A stretch of DNA of 35,795 bases from Prevotella sp. (GTDB lineage: Bacteria > Bacteroidota > Bacteroidia > Bacteroidales > Dysgonomonadaceae): positions 1 through 35,795 of the forward strand of contig JAITVV010000059.1 of the NCBI GenBank assembly GCA_031285625.1. The letters run 5' to 3'. How positions within the stretch are numbered: position 1 is the first letter of the stretch; each line of letters starts with the position of its first letter. The notes beneath the pieces were generated by a model. That model searched no databases. It was not told the DNA's origin and saw only the letters and a list, made by a program, of their open reading frames with translations. Position numbers and translations under genes: made by a program. This document shows positions 20,649 to 30,550 of this stretch, in pieces.

Positions 20649-21539
20649 CTAGTCTCCTACCTTAGTTATATATATAAAAGTATTTCTATTAGGTAAAGAA
20701 AATCCACCCACTCCGGTACAGTTACTTGGCCCCGCTCCCAATTTTACAGTCCACTCTGTACGTTGTTTTATTGGCGATATAAAATTAATAGTAGCTGCAT
20801 GAGATGACTTATCCTGTACATTATGATAAGTATTTGAATATACCCTGACAGATTTTAAACCGCTTCCATCTTCTGGATAGAAAGGAAAATCCATAAAATA
20901 CGATGATACATTACAATTAATTCCGATTGATGTTGTTGGTATAAACAAATAGGTAAAGATTATATTGTATATACCCGGTTCAAGTATTATGGTACTGGTG
21001 GTTCCTTCTTTTAGTTTAACTGCCCCTCCAGAATGATTAATGCTATCCATAAGGGGAATATCCCGGGTCGAATTTTGAGTTATTCCGTCCATAAAATTAC
21101 GAATTCCGGGCCTGTCATTAGACAGCATGTCGGTACCATCCAGATAAAGCAGTGTTGGCCGGGGTATCGACAATTTCGATATTTCTCTATCCAGCTTATA
21201 TTCGAGTTCGTCATGCCCGATAAACCTTTCCCATCCCGGGCGACTTCCTTCCACCCGGTAATAAAACCTGTAAGGATACACTCTCTCGTCAGCATCCTGA
21301 CTCATATCCGGTTCAGATATATTTAAAACCAATAGTCCAGGTACAGCATCAGGAATCGTAGTATTATCATATCTTCCGGTCAGACTAACCCTTGAGATCA
21401 AAAATCCTTTGTCAGATGACTGTAAGTCCAACATAGCACTTTCGTGTGGAGGATTTCCCGAACCAATGGTTACTTGAGCCTCAATATTGATTGGCAATAG
21501 ATGAATCAGCACTAATTGTACAATTATAATTTTTTTCAT
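20649..21539 (-). CDS. Secreted hypothetical protein, paralog 2 of tandem triplet
   Basis: Signal peptide; QVTIGS..PHESAMLDLQSSDKGFL; shared C-terminal domain, ends VGD. Confidence 0.8.
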   Translation of the reverse strand: MKKIIIVQLVLIHLLPINIEAQVTIGSGNPPHESAMLDLQSSDKGFLISRVSLTGRYDNTTIPDAVPGLLVLNISEPDMSQDADERVYPYRFYYRVEGSRPGWERFIGHDELEYKLDREISKLSIPRPTLLYLDGTDMLSNDRPGIRNFMDGITQNSTRDIPLMDSINHSGGAVKLKEGTTSTIILEPGIYNIIFTYLFIPTTSIGINCNVSSYFMDFPFYPEDGSGLKSVRVYSNTYHNVQDKSSHAATINFISPIKQRTEWTVKLGAGPSNCTGVGGFSLPNRNTFIYITKVGD

Positions 21540-21550
21540 ACTATTTCAGA

Positions 21551-22582
21551 TTATTGTACATCTCCTAATCTCGATACATATAAAAAGGTACTCTTATTGG
21601 GCATTGACAGTCCTTCCATTCCATTACAATAACTATCTCCATACCCCGTACCAAATGTGATATCCCAGACTGTTTCAGTAAGTAATACCGCAACGTAACT
21701 TATCGTATTTCCATGATCGGCATACCTCCCTTCTCCGGGTATTTCGTAGCCGGCACCATGATAACAGTTCGATTCTACCCGGGTTGATCCAGTTGTTATA
21801 TTTCCATTATCATCCACTAGAGTTACTGGAAATTGCATAAAATATGTTGCTGAGTAACATTTATCATGTCCTGGCTTATATTGGGGGTCTCCTGACCTTG
21901 GAACAGCAGTATCCGCAGGAATAAATTCATATGTAAAAATAAGACTGTAGATACCGGGTTGAAATGTTATAAAAAATTTCTTGTTGTTGTTACTAACTAC
22001 TGCCGAATCTAATTTAACAGTCCCTGATGTATAATTAACCCTCTCTTTAAAAGGCAAATAAGTAAAATTAGGTGACGAATCAGGAAAAATATCTTTTAAA
22101 GGATTGACAACTCCTAACATATCCGGATACATTATCCATCCCGAGCCTGGAAAAGGATTGTAATCGAATATTTTTTGCTGTCCATTCAATGTAAAAATAG
22201 CAGGGCGTGGTATTCCTAAATTAGCTAGACTCTGTTCCATATTCTCAAGCATGGTCTGCCTGCCCACTACCTGTATCCACCTATCTGTAGACCAATAATA
22301 ATATTTACCGGATTTTACCCTATCTCCAACAGGGGTTTCTGTATCAGAATCATTTATATTCAGAACTAATAATCCATCTGTATAATCTGGAACTGTTGTT
22401 TTATCCCATATATCTTTCAATGCTACTTGCGGTCCGAGAAATCCCTTATCCGAAGTTTTCACTTCCAGTACAGCACTGGGATGAGGCTCTTCGATTGATC
22501 CGATTGTGACCTGAGAAAATACTACAAAAGGGAAAATAACAAATAAAACCATTAGTTTTATTTTTTGCTTATAACAAATCAT
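21551..22582 (-). CDS. Secreted hypothetical protein, paralog 1 of tandem triplet
   Basis: Signal peptide; QVTIGS..PHPSAVLEVKTSDKGFLGP; shared C-terminal domain, ends LGDVQ. Confidence 0.8.
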   Translation of the reverse strand: MICYKQKIKLMVLFVIFPFVVFSQVTIGSIEEPHPSAVLEVKTSDKGFLGPQVALKDIWDKTTVPDYTDGLLVLNINDSDTETPVGDRVKSGKYYYWSTDRWIQVVGRQTMLENMEQSLANLGIPRPAIFTLNGQQKIFDYNPFPGSGWIMYPDMLGVVNPLKDIFPDSSPNFTYLPFKERVNYTSGTVKLDSAVVSNNNKKFFITFQPGIYSLIFTYEFIPADTAVPRSGDPQYKPGHDKCYSATYFMQFPVTLVDDNGNITTGSTRVESNCYHGAGYEIPGEGRYADHGNTISYVAVLLTETVWDITFGTGYGDSYCNGMEGLSMPNKSTFLYVSRLGDVQ

Positions 22583-22926
22583 AATTATTCATTCTATATT
22601 GGACATTTAAGCCTTATAAAGGTATGAATACAAAATGTAAGAATAAAGACTTATTTAGCTCCCTTTACAGAATTTCAGGTACAACTTTTGTCTGTCTTTC
22701 TAAAATATCAACAGATCATGTCTAATATATTTTATACATGACTTTTTTTCTAAAGCTGATTCATCCAATCTCTTTTTTGGTACAATCATATCTGATTGAT
22801 GATGAATTCATCTAAAACTGATGAAAAAATAAAGAAAGGCTCCTAAATCAGTACTCTATTATATTTTGTAAGACTAAACATCTTATATTAATTAGGTATA
22901 AGTGCTTTTCATGGCATATTATAATC

Positions 22927-23796
22927 TCAGATCGAAATATCCATCCTTTTATTTCTATATTGCCCTGGAGTCTGATTTGTATATTGCTTAAATAATCGAT
23001 TGAAGTATGAAATATTATCAATTGACAATTCCAACGCAATATCAGAAATAGAGAGTTCGGTGGTAAGAAGTAATAATTGTGCTTTCTCCATCTTCTTTAG
23101 ATTTATATATCTGATAGGAGTACAATTAATTTCCCTCTTAAAAATACGGATCAAATGATCTTCTGTAATACAAGCTATATTTGCCAATTGGGAAAGAGTA
23201 ACATTTTTATCTGTATTTTCATGAATATATTGCAGACATTGATTTATCCGTCCATCTTCATATCTTAATTTCAGTTTAGCTGATTCCATAAACTTGGAAA
23301 TCAATTGGTATAAAATGCCTTGTGTACCTATAATGGAATGAGTAGGTAGTCGGTTGTTATCAGCTACATACTGAGAAAAAGTGGGTATATTATCATACAT
23401 TTCCGGATCGATATATTTCAAGTGCCTATCAGGATTAATCTTCAATAACCTCTCAATTAATAATGAGTCCAAAAGATCACCTTCAATTTCGACCGGAAAA
23501 TCCAATTTTTCGAAAATAGATTCCTTATTATACGTTTTCTCATAAAAATGAATATAATAAAGAGAGAAAAAACCATCAGATTCGTCATCATGGAGGGTAA
23601 ATGGCGGGGTAAGATATAAATAACCCGGCCTTAATAGATGCATCTTCCCATTAATATAAGTCTTGGCCTCTCCACCTACCACATAATATATACGAGCAAA
23701 CGGACTATTGATATTTTTCCAGTTCCAGTTAGCATTAAGCTCGGAAAAGCCCACGTTCAATAATATTAGGTTCAGATTTTCTATTAATCGTCCCAT
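22927..23796 (-). CDS. AraC-family regulator (RhaR-like), copy 1, divergent from fucI
   Basis: N-terminal cupin (NWNWKNINSPFARIYYV), C-terminal double HTH (SYFNRLFKQYTNQTPGQYR). Confidence 0.9.
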   Translation of the reverse strand: MGRLIENLNLILLNVGFSELNANWNWKNINSPFARIYYVVGGEAKTYINGKMHLLRPGYLYLTPPFTLHDDESDGFFSLYYIHFYEKTYNKESIFEKLDFPVEIEGDLLDSLLIERLLKINPDRHLKYIDPEMYDNIPTFSQYVADNNRLPTHSIIGTQGILYQLISKFMESAKLKLRYEDGRINQCLQYIHENTDKNVTLSQLANIACITEDHLIRIFKREINCTPIRYINLKKMEKAQLLLLTTELSISDIALELSIDNISYFNRLFKQYTNQTPGQYRNKRMDISI

Positions 23797-23832
23797 CCCT
23801 CAGAATCGTTTTTATATTATCGTTGCACAATA

Positions 23833-23840
23833 CAAATATA
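23833..23840 (-). promoter_or_regulatory. -7 element for AraC copy 1
   Basis: TATATTTG on - strand about 37 bp upstream of ATG; the equivalent position before copy 2 reads TATATTCG (28430-28437). Confidence 0.55.
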
Positions 23841-23877
23841 CTTATTTATAAACAATAACAAGTTATAAATTATTCAG

Positions 23878-23946
23878 AATATCGATTTTATGCAATTCAT
23901 TGATCGATAAAATGAAAGCTAATCTTAAATTTAAAATCTATTTTTG
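23878..23946 (+). promoter_or_regulatory. fuc promoter 1: direct-repeat operator plus -7 box
   Basis: TCGATTTTATG (23882) and TCGATAAAATG (23904), 22-bp period; TATTTTTG at 23939. Confidence 0.65.
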
Positions 23947-23993
23947 TAAAAACCTAAGTCTAAAAAACACTAAACCGAAATAGAGAAATAACC

Positions 23994-25784
23994 ATGAAAA
24001 AAAACAGATTTCAAGGCCAATGGCCCAAAATAGGGATTCGTCCGACTATCGACGGCCGTATGGGTGGAGTTCGTGAGTCACTCGAAGTACAAACGATGAA
24101 CATGGCTAAAAGTGTAGTGGATTTACTCACTTCCACATTAAAATATCCTGATGGTACTCCTGTAGAATGTGTTGTAGCCGATTCAACTATCGGACGTGTA
24201 GCCGAAAGTGCAGCCTGCGCCGAAAAATTTCGTAGAGAAGGTGTAGGCGTTACTATTACTGTTACCCCTTGCTGGTGCTACGGCAGCGAAACAATGGATA
24301 TGGAACAGCATACAATAAAAGCCGTATGGGGCTTTAACGGGACAGAACGTCCGGGTGCTGTATACCTTGCTGCAGTATTAGCCGCACATGCACAAAAAGG
24401 ATTACCGGCATTCGGCATTTATGGACATGACGTACAAGATGCGGGAACAACAGAAATACCATGTGATGTGAAAGAAAAATTACTCCGTTTTGCAAAGGCT
24501 GGTTTGGCTGTTGCAACTATGCAGGGAAAATCTTATCTATCAATCGGCGCAGTATGTATGGGCATTGCAGGTTCGATCGTCAATACCGACTTCTTTGAAG
24601 ACTATTTAGGAATGCGTTGCGAAGGAGTAGACGAAGTAGAAATCATCCGTCGTATGACAGAAGGTATTTATGATAAGGATGAATATCAAAAAGCTCTGGC
24701 TTGGGCAAAAGCTAATTGTAAACAAGGTATAGATAATATAAATCGTCCCGATCTGATAAGAGATCACGCCGGAAGCGATAAAGACTGGGAGTTTATTGTA
24801 AGAATGACCCTGATCGTACGCGACCTGATGATTGGCAACCCGAAATTAAAAGAAATGGGATTCGGTGAAGAATCCCTTGGGCATAATGCCATTGCCGCAG
24901 GATTTCAGGGACAACGCCAATGGACAGATTTTTACCCGAATGGCGACTTTACCGAAGCAATACTTAACTCATCTTTCGACTGGACAGGCATTCGTTCGCC
25001 TTATGTATTAGCCACTGAAAATGATGCATTGAATGGTACTGCTATGCTATTTGGCTATTTATTAACCAATACAGCACAAATATTTGCTGATGTGCGTACA
25101 TATTGGAGTGCTGAAGCTGTAGAGCGTGTTACAGGGCATAAGCTCGAAGGCCTTGCAGCAGGAGGTATGATCCATCTTATCAACTCAGGTGCGGCTACTT
25201 TGGATGGTAGTGGACGCCAGAATGATAAGGAAGGTAAACCTACGATGAAACCATTCTGGGATATTACCGAGACAGAAGCAAAAGCATGTTTGGATGCGAC
25301 GACATGGATGCCTGCAAACCGTGAATATTTCCGTGGAGGAGGTTTTTCGTCCAAATTCCTTACACGTGGGGGAATGCCATGTACAATGGTTCGCCTCAAT
25401 CTGGTAAAAGGATTAGGCCCAGTATTACAAATAGCGGAAGGCTGGACCGTTGACCTTGATCCTGAGGTACACAAAATACTGGATGAGAGAACAGATAAGG
25501 GCTGGCCTACAACTTGGTTTGTTCCACGCTTAACTGACAGTGACAACTTTAAAGATGTATACTCTGTAATGAATAACTGGGGAGCCAATCATGGATCTAT
25601 CAGCTGTGGTCATATCGGAGCAGACCTTATCACATTAGCATCAATGCTTCGTATACCAGTTTGCATGCATAATGTAGATGAGGAAAATATTTATCGTCCT
25701 TCATCATGGAATGCCTTTGGCATGGATAAGGAAGGTGCAGATTACAGAGCATGCCAAACATATGGTCCTCTTTATAAAAAATAG
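23994..25784 (+). CDS. fucI: L-fucose isomerase, copy 1
   Basis: [66 protein letters not shown]. Confidence 0.96.
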   Translation: MKKNRFQGQWPKIGIRPTIDGRMGGVRESLEVQTMNMAKSVVDLLTSTLKYPDGTPVECVVADSTIGRVAESAACAEKFRREGVGVTITVTPCWCYGSETMDMEQHTIKAVWGFNGTERPGAVYLAAVLAAHAQKGLPAFGIYGHDVQDAGTTEIPCDVKEKLLRFAKAGLAVATMQGKSYLSIGAVCMGIAGSIVNTDFFEDYLGMRCEGVDEVEIIRRMTEGIYDKDEYQKALAWAKANCKQGIDNINRPDLIRDHAGSDKDWEFIVRMTLIVRDLMIGNPKLKEMGFGEESLGHNAIAAGFQGQRQWTDFYPNGDFTEAILNSSFDWTGIRSPYVLATENDALNGTAMLFGYLLTNTAQIFADVRTYWSAEAVERVTGHKLEGLAAGGMIHLINSGAATLDGSGRQNDKEGKPTMKPFWDITETEAKACLDATTWMPANREYFRGGGFSSKFLTRGGMPCTMVRLNLVKGLGPVLQIAEGWTVDLDPEVHKILDERTDKGWPTTWFVPRLTDSDNFKDVYSVMNNWGANHGSISCGHIGADLITLASMLRIPVCMHNVDEENIYRPSSWNAFGMDKEGADYRACQTYGPLYKK

Positions 25785-25794
25785 ATAACCGGTT

Positions 25795-25827
25795 CCGGAA
25801 ATTAATAAAAGCCAGAAATTAATAAAA
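25795..25827 (+). repeat. 17-bp-period tandem duplication in the fucI-fucA spacer
   Basis: CCGGAAATTAATAAAA (25795) and CCAGAAATTAATAAAA (25812). Confidence 0.7.
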
Positions 25828-25837
25828 AACACAATCA

Positions 25838-26101
25838 ATGATTACTAAATATATATCAGAATTCATCAATCAGGCTCATCGTGTAGGTGCAGAACGTTTA
25901 CAACTTTGTAGTAGCGGGAACCTCTCATGGAGAGTAGAAGATAACCTGGCATTAGTTTCCGGAACAGGCTCATGGCTTCCGCGTTTAGCAGAAGAAAATG
26001 TAGTATTATGTGAGATATCCAGTGGCATGCGCGTAGATGGTCCGAAACCATCTATGGAAAGTACATTCTGCCTGGGACTACCGATAGGAAGAAACAAGTA
26101 G
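25838..26101 (+). pseudogene. fucA: Truncated L-fuculose-1-phosphate aldolase (about 77-80 codons, then unrelated tail)
   Basis: Aligns with intact copy at 31702 to PSMESTF(C)LG, then diverges to LPIGRNK*; the metal-binding His region and C-terminal 130+ aa are absent. Confidence 0.9.
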
Positions 26102-26241
26102 AACCCCAAACTCGAAAGTTTCAACAACCGAAAGAAAATCAGCAGAATAACCTTACTGTGGTGGAAAGGTTAGAAATAGAGACTTCATAAAATACAGGCT
26201 TTTGTTGTACAATTGTTAGACTAAAAACAATTGGGATCACA

Positions 26242-27444
26242 ATGAAAGCGACACTCAAAATTTTACTCAGGAACAATTACCGGACAAAGGAAGGCAAACG
26301 TCAGGTTTGCATCCGTTATACATCCTATAGACAGGCAACGTTTATAGGGTTAAACATATCCGTACACCCCAAAGACTGGAACGATAGCAGAAAGCAGGTC
26401 AAGGCTACCGAGCCACACCATTTGCTTTACAACCGCATTATTAAGGAACAGTACCATAAATCGGAAGGCATCATACTGGATAATTTCCTGACACCCCTAA
26501 CCACTAAAGACTTTATAGCGAAGCTAAAGGATAAACATTATGGTAACGAAGACTTCTATACTTTCATAGAAAACGAGTTGGAACTCATCAAGTCTTCCCG
26601 AGCGAGCCAAACCCTGTCCAACTACCGCAACCTTATCAACAAGATGAAGGAATGGAAACCCTCATTAACCTTCAATGAAATCACACTGGAATACATCCAG
26701 CGTTTCCACGACCACGAACTGAAAACAGGCAACATACTCTCCACTATCTATAAGAAACACGCCAATTTCAAGTTCCTGCTGGGTCTTGCGGTAAACAAGG
26801 AATACATGGAAAAGAACCCATACGAAAAGTTCGAGATAAAGAAGATAACAAAGGCACAGAATAACGATATACTGACCGAAGACGAACTGAAGATACTTCA
26901 AGAAGCCTATAACCAAGACAGATATACCGGAGGCAAGAAAGAAGTCCTGCGTGACTTCCTCTTTAGCTGTTACACCTCACTCAGTTATGCTGAGTTCCAC
27001 AATGTTACTTACGGCGATTTAAAGCCCGTTACGATAAAAGTAGATGGCAAGGAAGAAACATACCCTCTATTATGCAATGACCGCCAGAAAACGGCTGTAT
27101 TGTATAAGATACCCATTGTCTCACCCATAGTAGAACAGTTATTGGAACGAAAGACAAAAAAAGGAGATAAGGAAGCATTCCAAAAGATATTTTCTCCTTT
27201 GACTAACCAGCCGACTAACCGTTATTTGAAAGAAATCATAGAAGACCTGAATATTAATAAGACGATGACCTTTCATCGAGCAAGACATAGTTTCCGCACG
27301 ATAGCTGCGAAGAAAGGTATCCGGGACAGCATAGCCGAACGGATTATGGGGCATGCCGAGGGTAACGACATTCAAAATATCTACATGCACCTGAGTGACG
27401 AGGATATTGTTAGGGAGATGCTGGATAAGTGGGTGGTAAAGTAA
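26242..27444 (+). CDS. Bacteroidetes tyrosine recombinase/integrase (IntDOT-like)
   Basis: Arm-binding N-terminus, SAM-like middle (NPYEKF), catalytic domain FLFSCYTSLSYAE, RQKT, FHRARHSF, IMGH, IY. Confidence 0.92.
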   Translation: MKATLKILLRNNYRTKEGKRQVCIRYTSYRQATFIGLNISVHPKDWNDSRKQVKATEPHHLLYNRIIKEQYHKSEGIILDNFLTPLTTKDFIAKLKDKHYGNEDFYTFIENELELIKSSRASQTLSNYRNLINKMKEWKPSLTFNEITLEYIQRFHDHELKTGNILSTIYKKHANFKFLLGLAVNKEYMEKNPYEKFEIKKITKAQNNDILTEDELKILQEAYNQDRYTGGKKEVLRDFLFSCYTSLSYAEFHNVTYGDLKPVTIKVDGKEETYPLLCNDRQKTAVLYKIPIVSPIVEQLLERKTKKGDKEAFQKIFSPLTNQPTNRYLKEIIEDLNINKTMTFHRARHSFRTIAAKKGIRDSIAERIMGHAEGNDIQNIYMHLSDEDIVREMLDKWVVK

Positions 27445-27534
27445 ATTGCAGGATAGTGCACGATAGGGCGGTATATAGTTTAAATTTTAAAATATTTTTT
27501 TCAATGATTATTAAGATACGTGAATTAAACTATC

Positions 27535-28395
27535 TTAGCTAATATATGTACTCCGGTAGCCGCCGGGAGTTAGTCCCGTATATTGCTTGAACAACCGGTT
27601 AAAATAAGAGATATTGTCAATGGATAAATTAAGGGCGATATCGGTTATTTGCATATCCGTTGTTAAAAGCAGTAATTGCGCCCTCTCGATTTTCTTTTGG
27701 TTTATATATTTTACGGGAGTGCAGTCCAGTTCTTTCCTGAAAATACGGGTTAAATGGTCTACGGAGACGCACGCGATATCAGCCAGCCGGAGCAGCGTGA
27801 TATCTTTATCCATATTTTCATGAATGTATTGCATACATTTATTTATCCGTTCGTTTTTATATCTCATTTTCAGGCCGGCAAACCGGAGGAAGCGGGAAAC
27901 CAGCCAGGATAGTATGCTCTGGGTTTCCATGAACGAGTGCACAGGCAATATATTGTTGTCGGCTACATATCGGGAAAACGCGGGCATATTATCGTATACG
28001 CCGGGGTCTATGTGCTTCAGTTCCCTGTCCGGGTTTATATGCATCAGCCTTTTAACGAGCGACAGTTCCAGGGAGTCCGCGCTGATTTCAACCGGAAAAT
28101 CAAGTTTATCGAAAAGAGGTTCCCTATTATTTATCTTTTCATAAAAATGTATATAATAGAGGGAAAACAAACCGTCGCATTCATCGTCATGCAACGTGAA
28201 GGGTGGGGTAAGGTACAGGCTCCCGGGCTTCAATACATACATCTTTCCATTGATATATGTTCTGGCCTGTCCGCCGGTTACATAGTATATGCGGGCAAAC
28301 GGGCTGCAAACCTTTTTCCAGTTCCAGTCGGCATTCAGTTCCGAGAAACCGATATTCAGCAGGATGAAGCTTAAGTTATCGACAAGTTTATGCAT
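27535..28395 (-). CDS. AraC-family regulator (RhaR-like), copy 2
   Basis: Start reassigned to MHKLVDNL by alignment to copy 1; about two-thirds identical to copy 1 by manual count. Confidence 0.9.
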   Translation of the reverse strand: MHKLVDNLSFILLNIGFSELNADWNWKKVCSPFARIYYVTGGQARTYINGKMYVLKPGSLYLTPPFTLHDDECDGLFSLYYIHFYEKINNREPLFDKLDFPVEISADSLELSLVKRLMHINPDRELKHIDPGVYDNMPAFSRYVADNNILPVHSFMETQSILSWLVSRFLRFAGLKMRYKNERINKCMQYIHENMDKDITLLRLADIACVSVDHLTRIFRKELDCTPVKYINQKKIERAQLLLLTTDMQITDIALNLSIDNISYFNRLFKQYTGLTPGGYRSTYIS

Positions 28396-28473
28396 GGCAG
28401 GTGTCGTTTTTATGGCTTGGTTACGAATGCGAATATACACATTAACAAGTTATCACAGTACTGTTTTCTTTAA

Positions 28474-28542
28474 AATATCGGATTTGTGATATTAACTGGT
28501 CGGTAAAGTGAAAGTTATTTTTGCTTCAAGAATCTATATTTG
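28474..28542 (+). promoter_or_regulatory. fuc promoter 2: direct-repeat operator plus -7 box
   Basis: TCGGATTTGTG (28478) and TCGGTAAAGTG (28500), 22-bp period; TATATTTG at 28535. Confidence 0.7.
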
Positions 28543-28599
28543 CATATAGCCCGGATAAAACAGGATTTAAATAATCAACCGTTAAAATCTAAAAATATC

Positions 28600-30387
28600 A
28601 TGACAAGAAAAAGATTTCAAGGCGAATGGCCTAAAATTGGTATCCGTCCCACAATCGACGGACGTATGGGTGGTGTACGTGAATCACTCGAGACCCAGAC
28701 TATGAACATGGCGAAAAGTGTGGTTAGCCTGTTAACCGCTACACTTAAATATCCTGACGGGACTCCCGTGCAGTGCGTGATTGCGGATTCTACAATCGGC
28801 CGCGTAGCCGAAAGTGCAGCATGTGCTGAAAAATTCCGCAGGGAAGGAGTTGGCGTGACCATTACCGTTACTCCCTGCTGGTGTTATGGCAGCGAAACGA
28901 TGGATATGGAACCGCATACGGTTAAAGCTGTCTGGGGATTCAATGGCACAGAGCGCCCCGGAGCAGTATATCTTGCGGCAGTATTAGCCGGACATGCACA
29001 AAAAGGATTGCCTGCCTTTGGCATCTATGGACGTGATGTTCAGGATGCAGGTACTACCGAATTGCCTGCCGATGTGAAAGAAAAACTGCTTCGTTTTGCT
29101 AAAGCTGCATTAGCAGTCGCTACTATGCGCGGCAAATCATATCTGTCTATCGGAGCCGTATGTATGGGTATAGCAGGGTCTATCGTGAATACAGATTTCT
29201 TTGAAGATTACCTGGGCATGCGTTGCGAAGGTATAGACGAAGTGGAAATTATCCGCCGTATGACCGAAGGCATCTATGATAAGGAAGAATACGAAAAAGC
29301 ATTGGCATGGGCAAAAGCTAACTGCAAACAGGGTGAAGATAATATTAACCGTCCCGACCTGAAAAGAGACCCGGCCGGCAGTGATAAGGATTGGGAGTTT
29401 ATCGTAAAAATGACGCTCATTGTGCGCGACCTGATGGCAGGTAATCCGAAGCTCAAGGATATGGGATTTGGTGAAGAAGCATTGGGACACAATGCAATTG
29501 TCGCAGGATTTCAGGGCCAACGCCAGTGGACAGACTTTTATCCGAATGGCGACTTTACCGAAGCTATCCTTAATTCATCGTTTGACTGGACGGGAATACG
29601 TTCTCCTTATGTTTTGGCAACAGAAAACGATGCGCTGAACGGAACTGCGATGTTGTTCGGGTACTTATTAACAAATACAGCCCAGATATTCGCCGACGTG
29701 CGCACTTACTGGAGTGCCGAGGCTGTTGAACGTGTTACAGGAAAGAAACTGGACGGTTTGGCCTCAGGAGGAATGATTCATCTTATCAATTCCGGTGCGG
29801 CTACTCTGGATGGTAGCGGTCGCCAGAATGATGAAAATGGTAAGCCTACTATGAAACCGTTCTGGAACATTACCGAGGCAGAGGCGAAAGCCTGTCTGGA
29901 TGCAACTACATGGATGCCTGCCAACCGTGAATATTTCCGTGGGGGTGGTTTTTCATCTAAATTCCTGACTCGTGGAGGCATGCCATGTACAATGGTGCGC
30001 CTGAATCTGGTGAAAGGTCTCGGGCCTGTCTTGCAGATTGCCGAAGGATGGACTGTAGAACTGGAGCCTGCTGTACACAAAATACTGGATGATCGCACAG
30101 ATAAAGGCTGGCCTACAACATGGTTTGTGCCTCGCCTGACTGACGATCCTAATTTCAAGGATGTATACTCGGTAATGAACAACTGGGGAGCCAACCATGG
30201 TTCTATCAGTTGCGGGCATATCGGTGCCGATCTGATTACTTTGGCATCCATGCTTCGCATCCCTGTTTGTATGCACAATGTGAGCGCCGATAATATTTAC
30301 CGTCCGGCTGCATGGGCTGCATTCGGTATGGATAAGGAAGGCGCCGATTATCGCGCTTGTCAGACTTATGGACCTCTTTATAAATAA
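28600..30387 (+). CDS. fucI: L-fucose isomerase, copy 2
   Basis: Start at ATG 28600 (MTRKRF) by alignment; about 92% aa identity to copy 1 by manual count, many synonymous differences. Confidence 0.96.
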   Translation: MTRKRFQGEWPKIGIRPTIDGRMGGVRESLETQTMNMAKSVVSLLTATLKYPDGTPVQCVIADSTIGRVAESAACAEKFRREGVGVTITVTPCWCYGSETMDMEPHTVKAVWGFNGTERPGAVYLAAVLAGHAQKGLPAFGIYGRDVQDAGTTELPADVKEKLLRFAKAALAVATMRGKSYLSIGAVCMGIAGSIVNTDFFEDYLGMRCEGIDEVEIIRRMTEGIYDKEEYEKALAWAKANCKQGEDNINRPDLKRDPAGSDKDWEFIVKMTLIVRDLMAGNPKLKDMGFGEEALGHNAIVAGFQGQRQWTDFYPNGDFTEAILNSSFDWTGIRSPYVLATENDALNGTAMLFGYLLTNTAQIFADVRTYWSAEAVERVTGKKLDGLASGGMIHLINSGAATLDGSGRQNDENGKPTMKPFWNITEAEAKACLDATTWMPANREYFRGGGFSSKFLTRGGMPCTMVRLNLVKGLGPVLQIAEGWTVELEPAVHKILDDRTDKGWPTTWFVPRLTDDPNFKDVYSVMNNWGANHGSISCGHIGADLITLASMLRIPVCMHNVSADNIYRPAAWAAFGMDKEGADYRACQTYGPLYK

Positions 30388-30396
30388 TTTATGTGT

Positions 30397-30510
30397 GAGG
30401 CTGTCTGAAAGGTAGTTGTTTGTCATCCTGACCAACGAGAAGGATTTATCTTCTTATTGTAAGAGATGTTTCACTACGTTCAACATGACAAAAAGCCCTT
30501 TTAGACAGCT
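30397..30510. repeat. Nested inverted-repeat element (MITE/REP-like) between fucI and fucO
   Basis: Outer IR GCTGTCTGAAAGG (30400) / CCTTTTAGACAGC (30497), 1 mismatch; inner IR TTTGTCAT (30419) / ATGACAAA (30485). Confidence 0.7.
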
Positions 30511-30550
30511 TTATATTTAAAATTCTACATACTCACAAATAAATGAAACT

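Noticed and set aside
312-25784. Functional link between the arabinan PUL and fucI through arabinose
   Set aside because: FucI acts on D-arabinose, whereas GH43/GH51 arabinan enzymes release L-arabinose; adjacency alone is not evidence
26068-26190. 40-codon open frame LPGTTDRKK...EIETS after the fucA break, and a possible tRNA-derived att site
   Set aside because: No start codon or recognisable homology, and no tRNA cloverleaf or T-arm match visible
26069-27534. Integrase-only mini-element of about 1.4 kb
   Set aside because: fucA does not resume after the integrase; the 3' end of AraC-2 follows instead
8013-28599. N-terminal extensions given by the ORF track for SusD (8144), GH43 (15415), AraC-2 (28440) and FucI-2 (28540)
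   Set aside because: They overlap the upstream gene or promoter elements; downstream ATGs give proper signal peptides or align with the paralog
22927-30387. AraC-fucI duplication as a collapsed-repeat artefact or recent tandem duplication
   Set aside because: Copies differ throughout at synonymous sites and in gene content (fucO); strain chimerism in a metagenomic assembly still cannot be excluded without reads
25055-30435. Long antisense ORFs (25055-25588, 29778-30278, 29953-30435), two of them similar to each other
   Set aside because: Shadows of the two fucI copies; their similarity follows from fucI conservation
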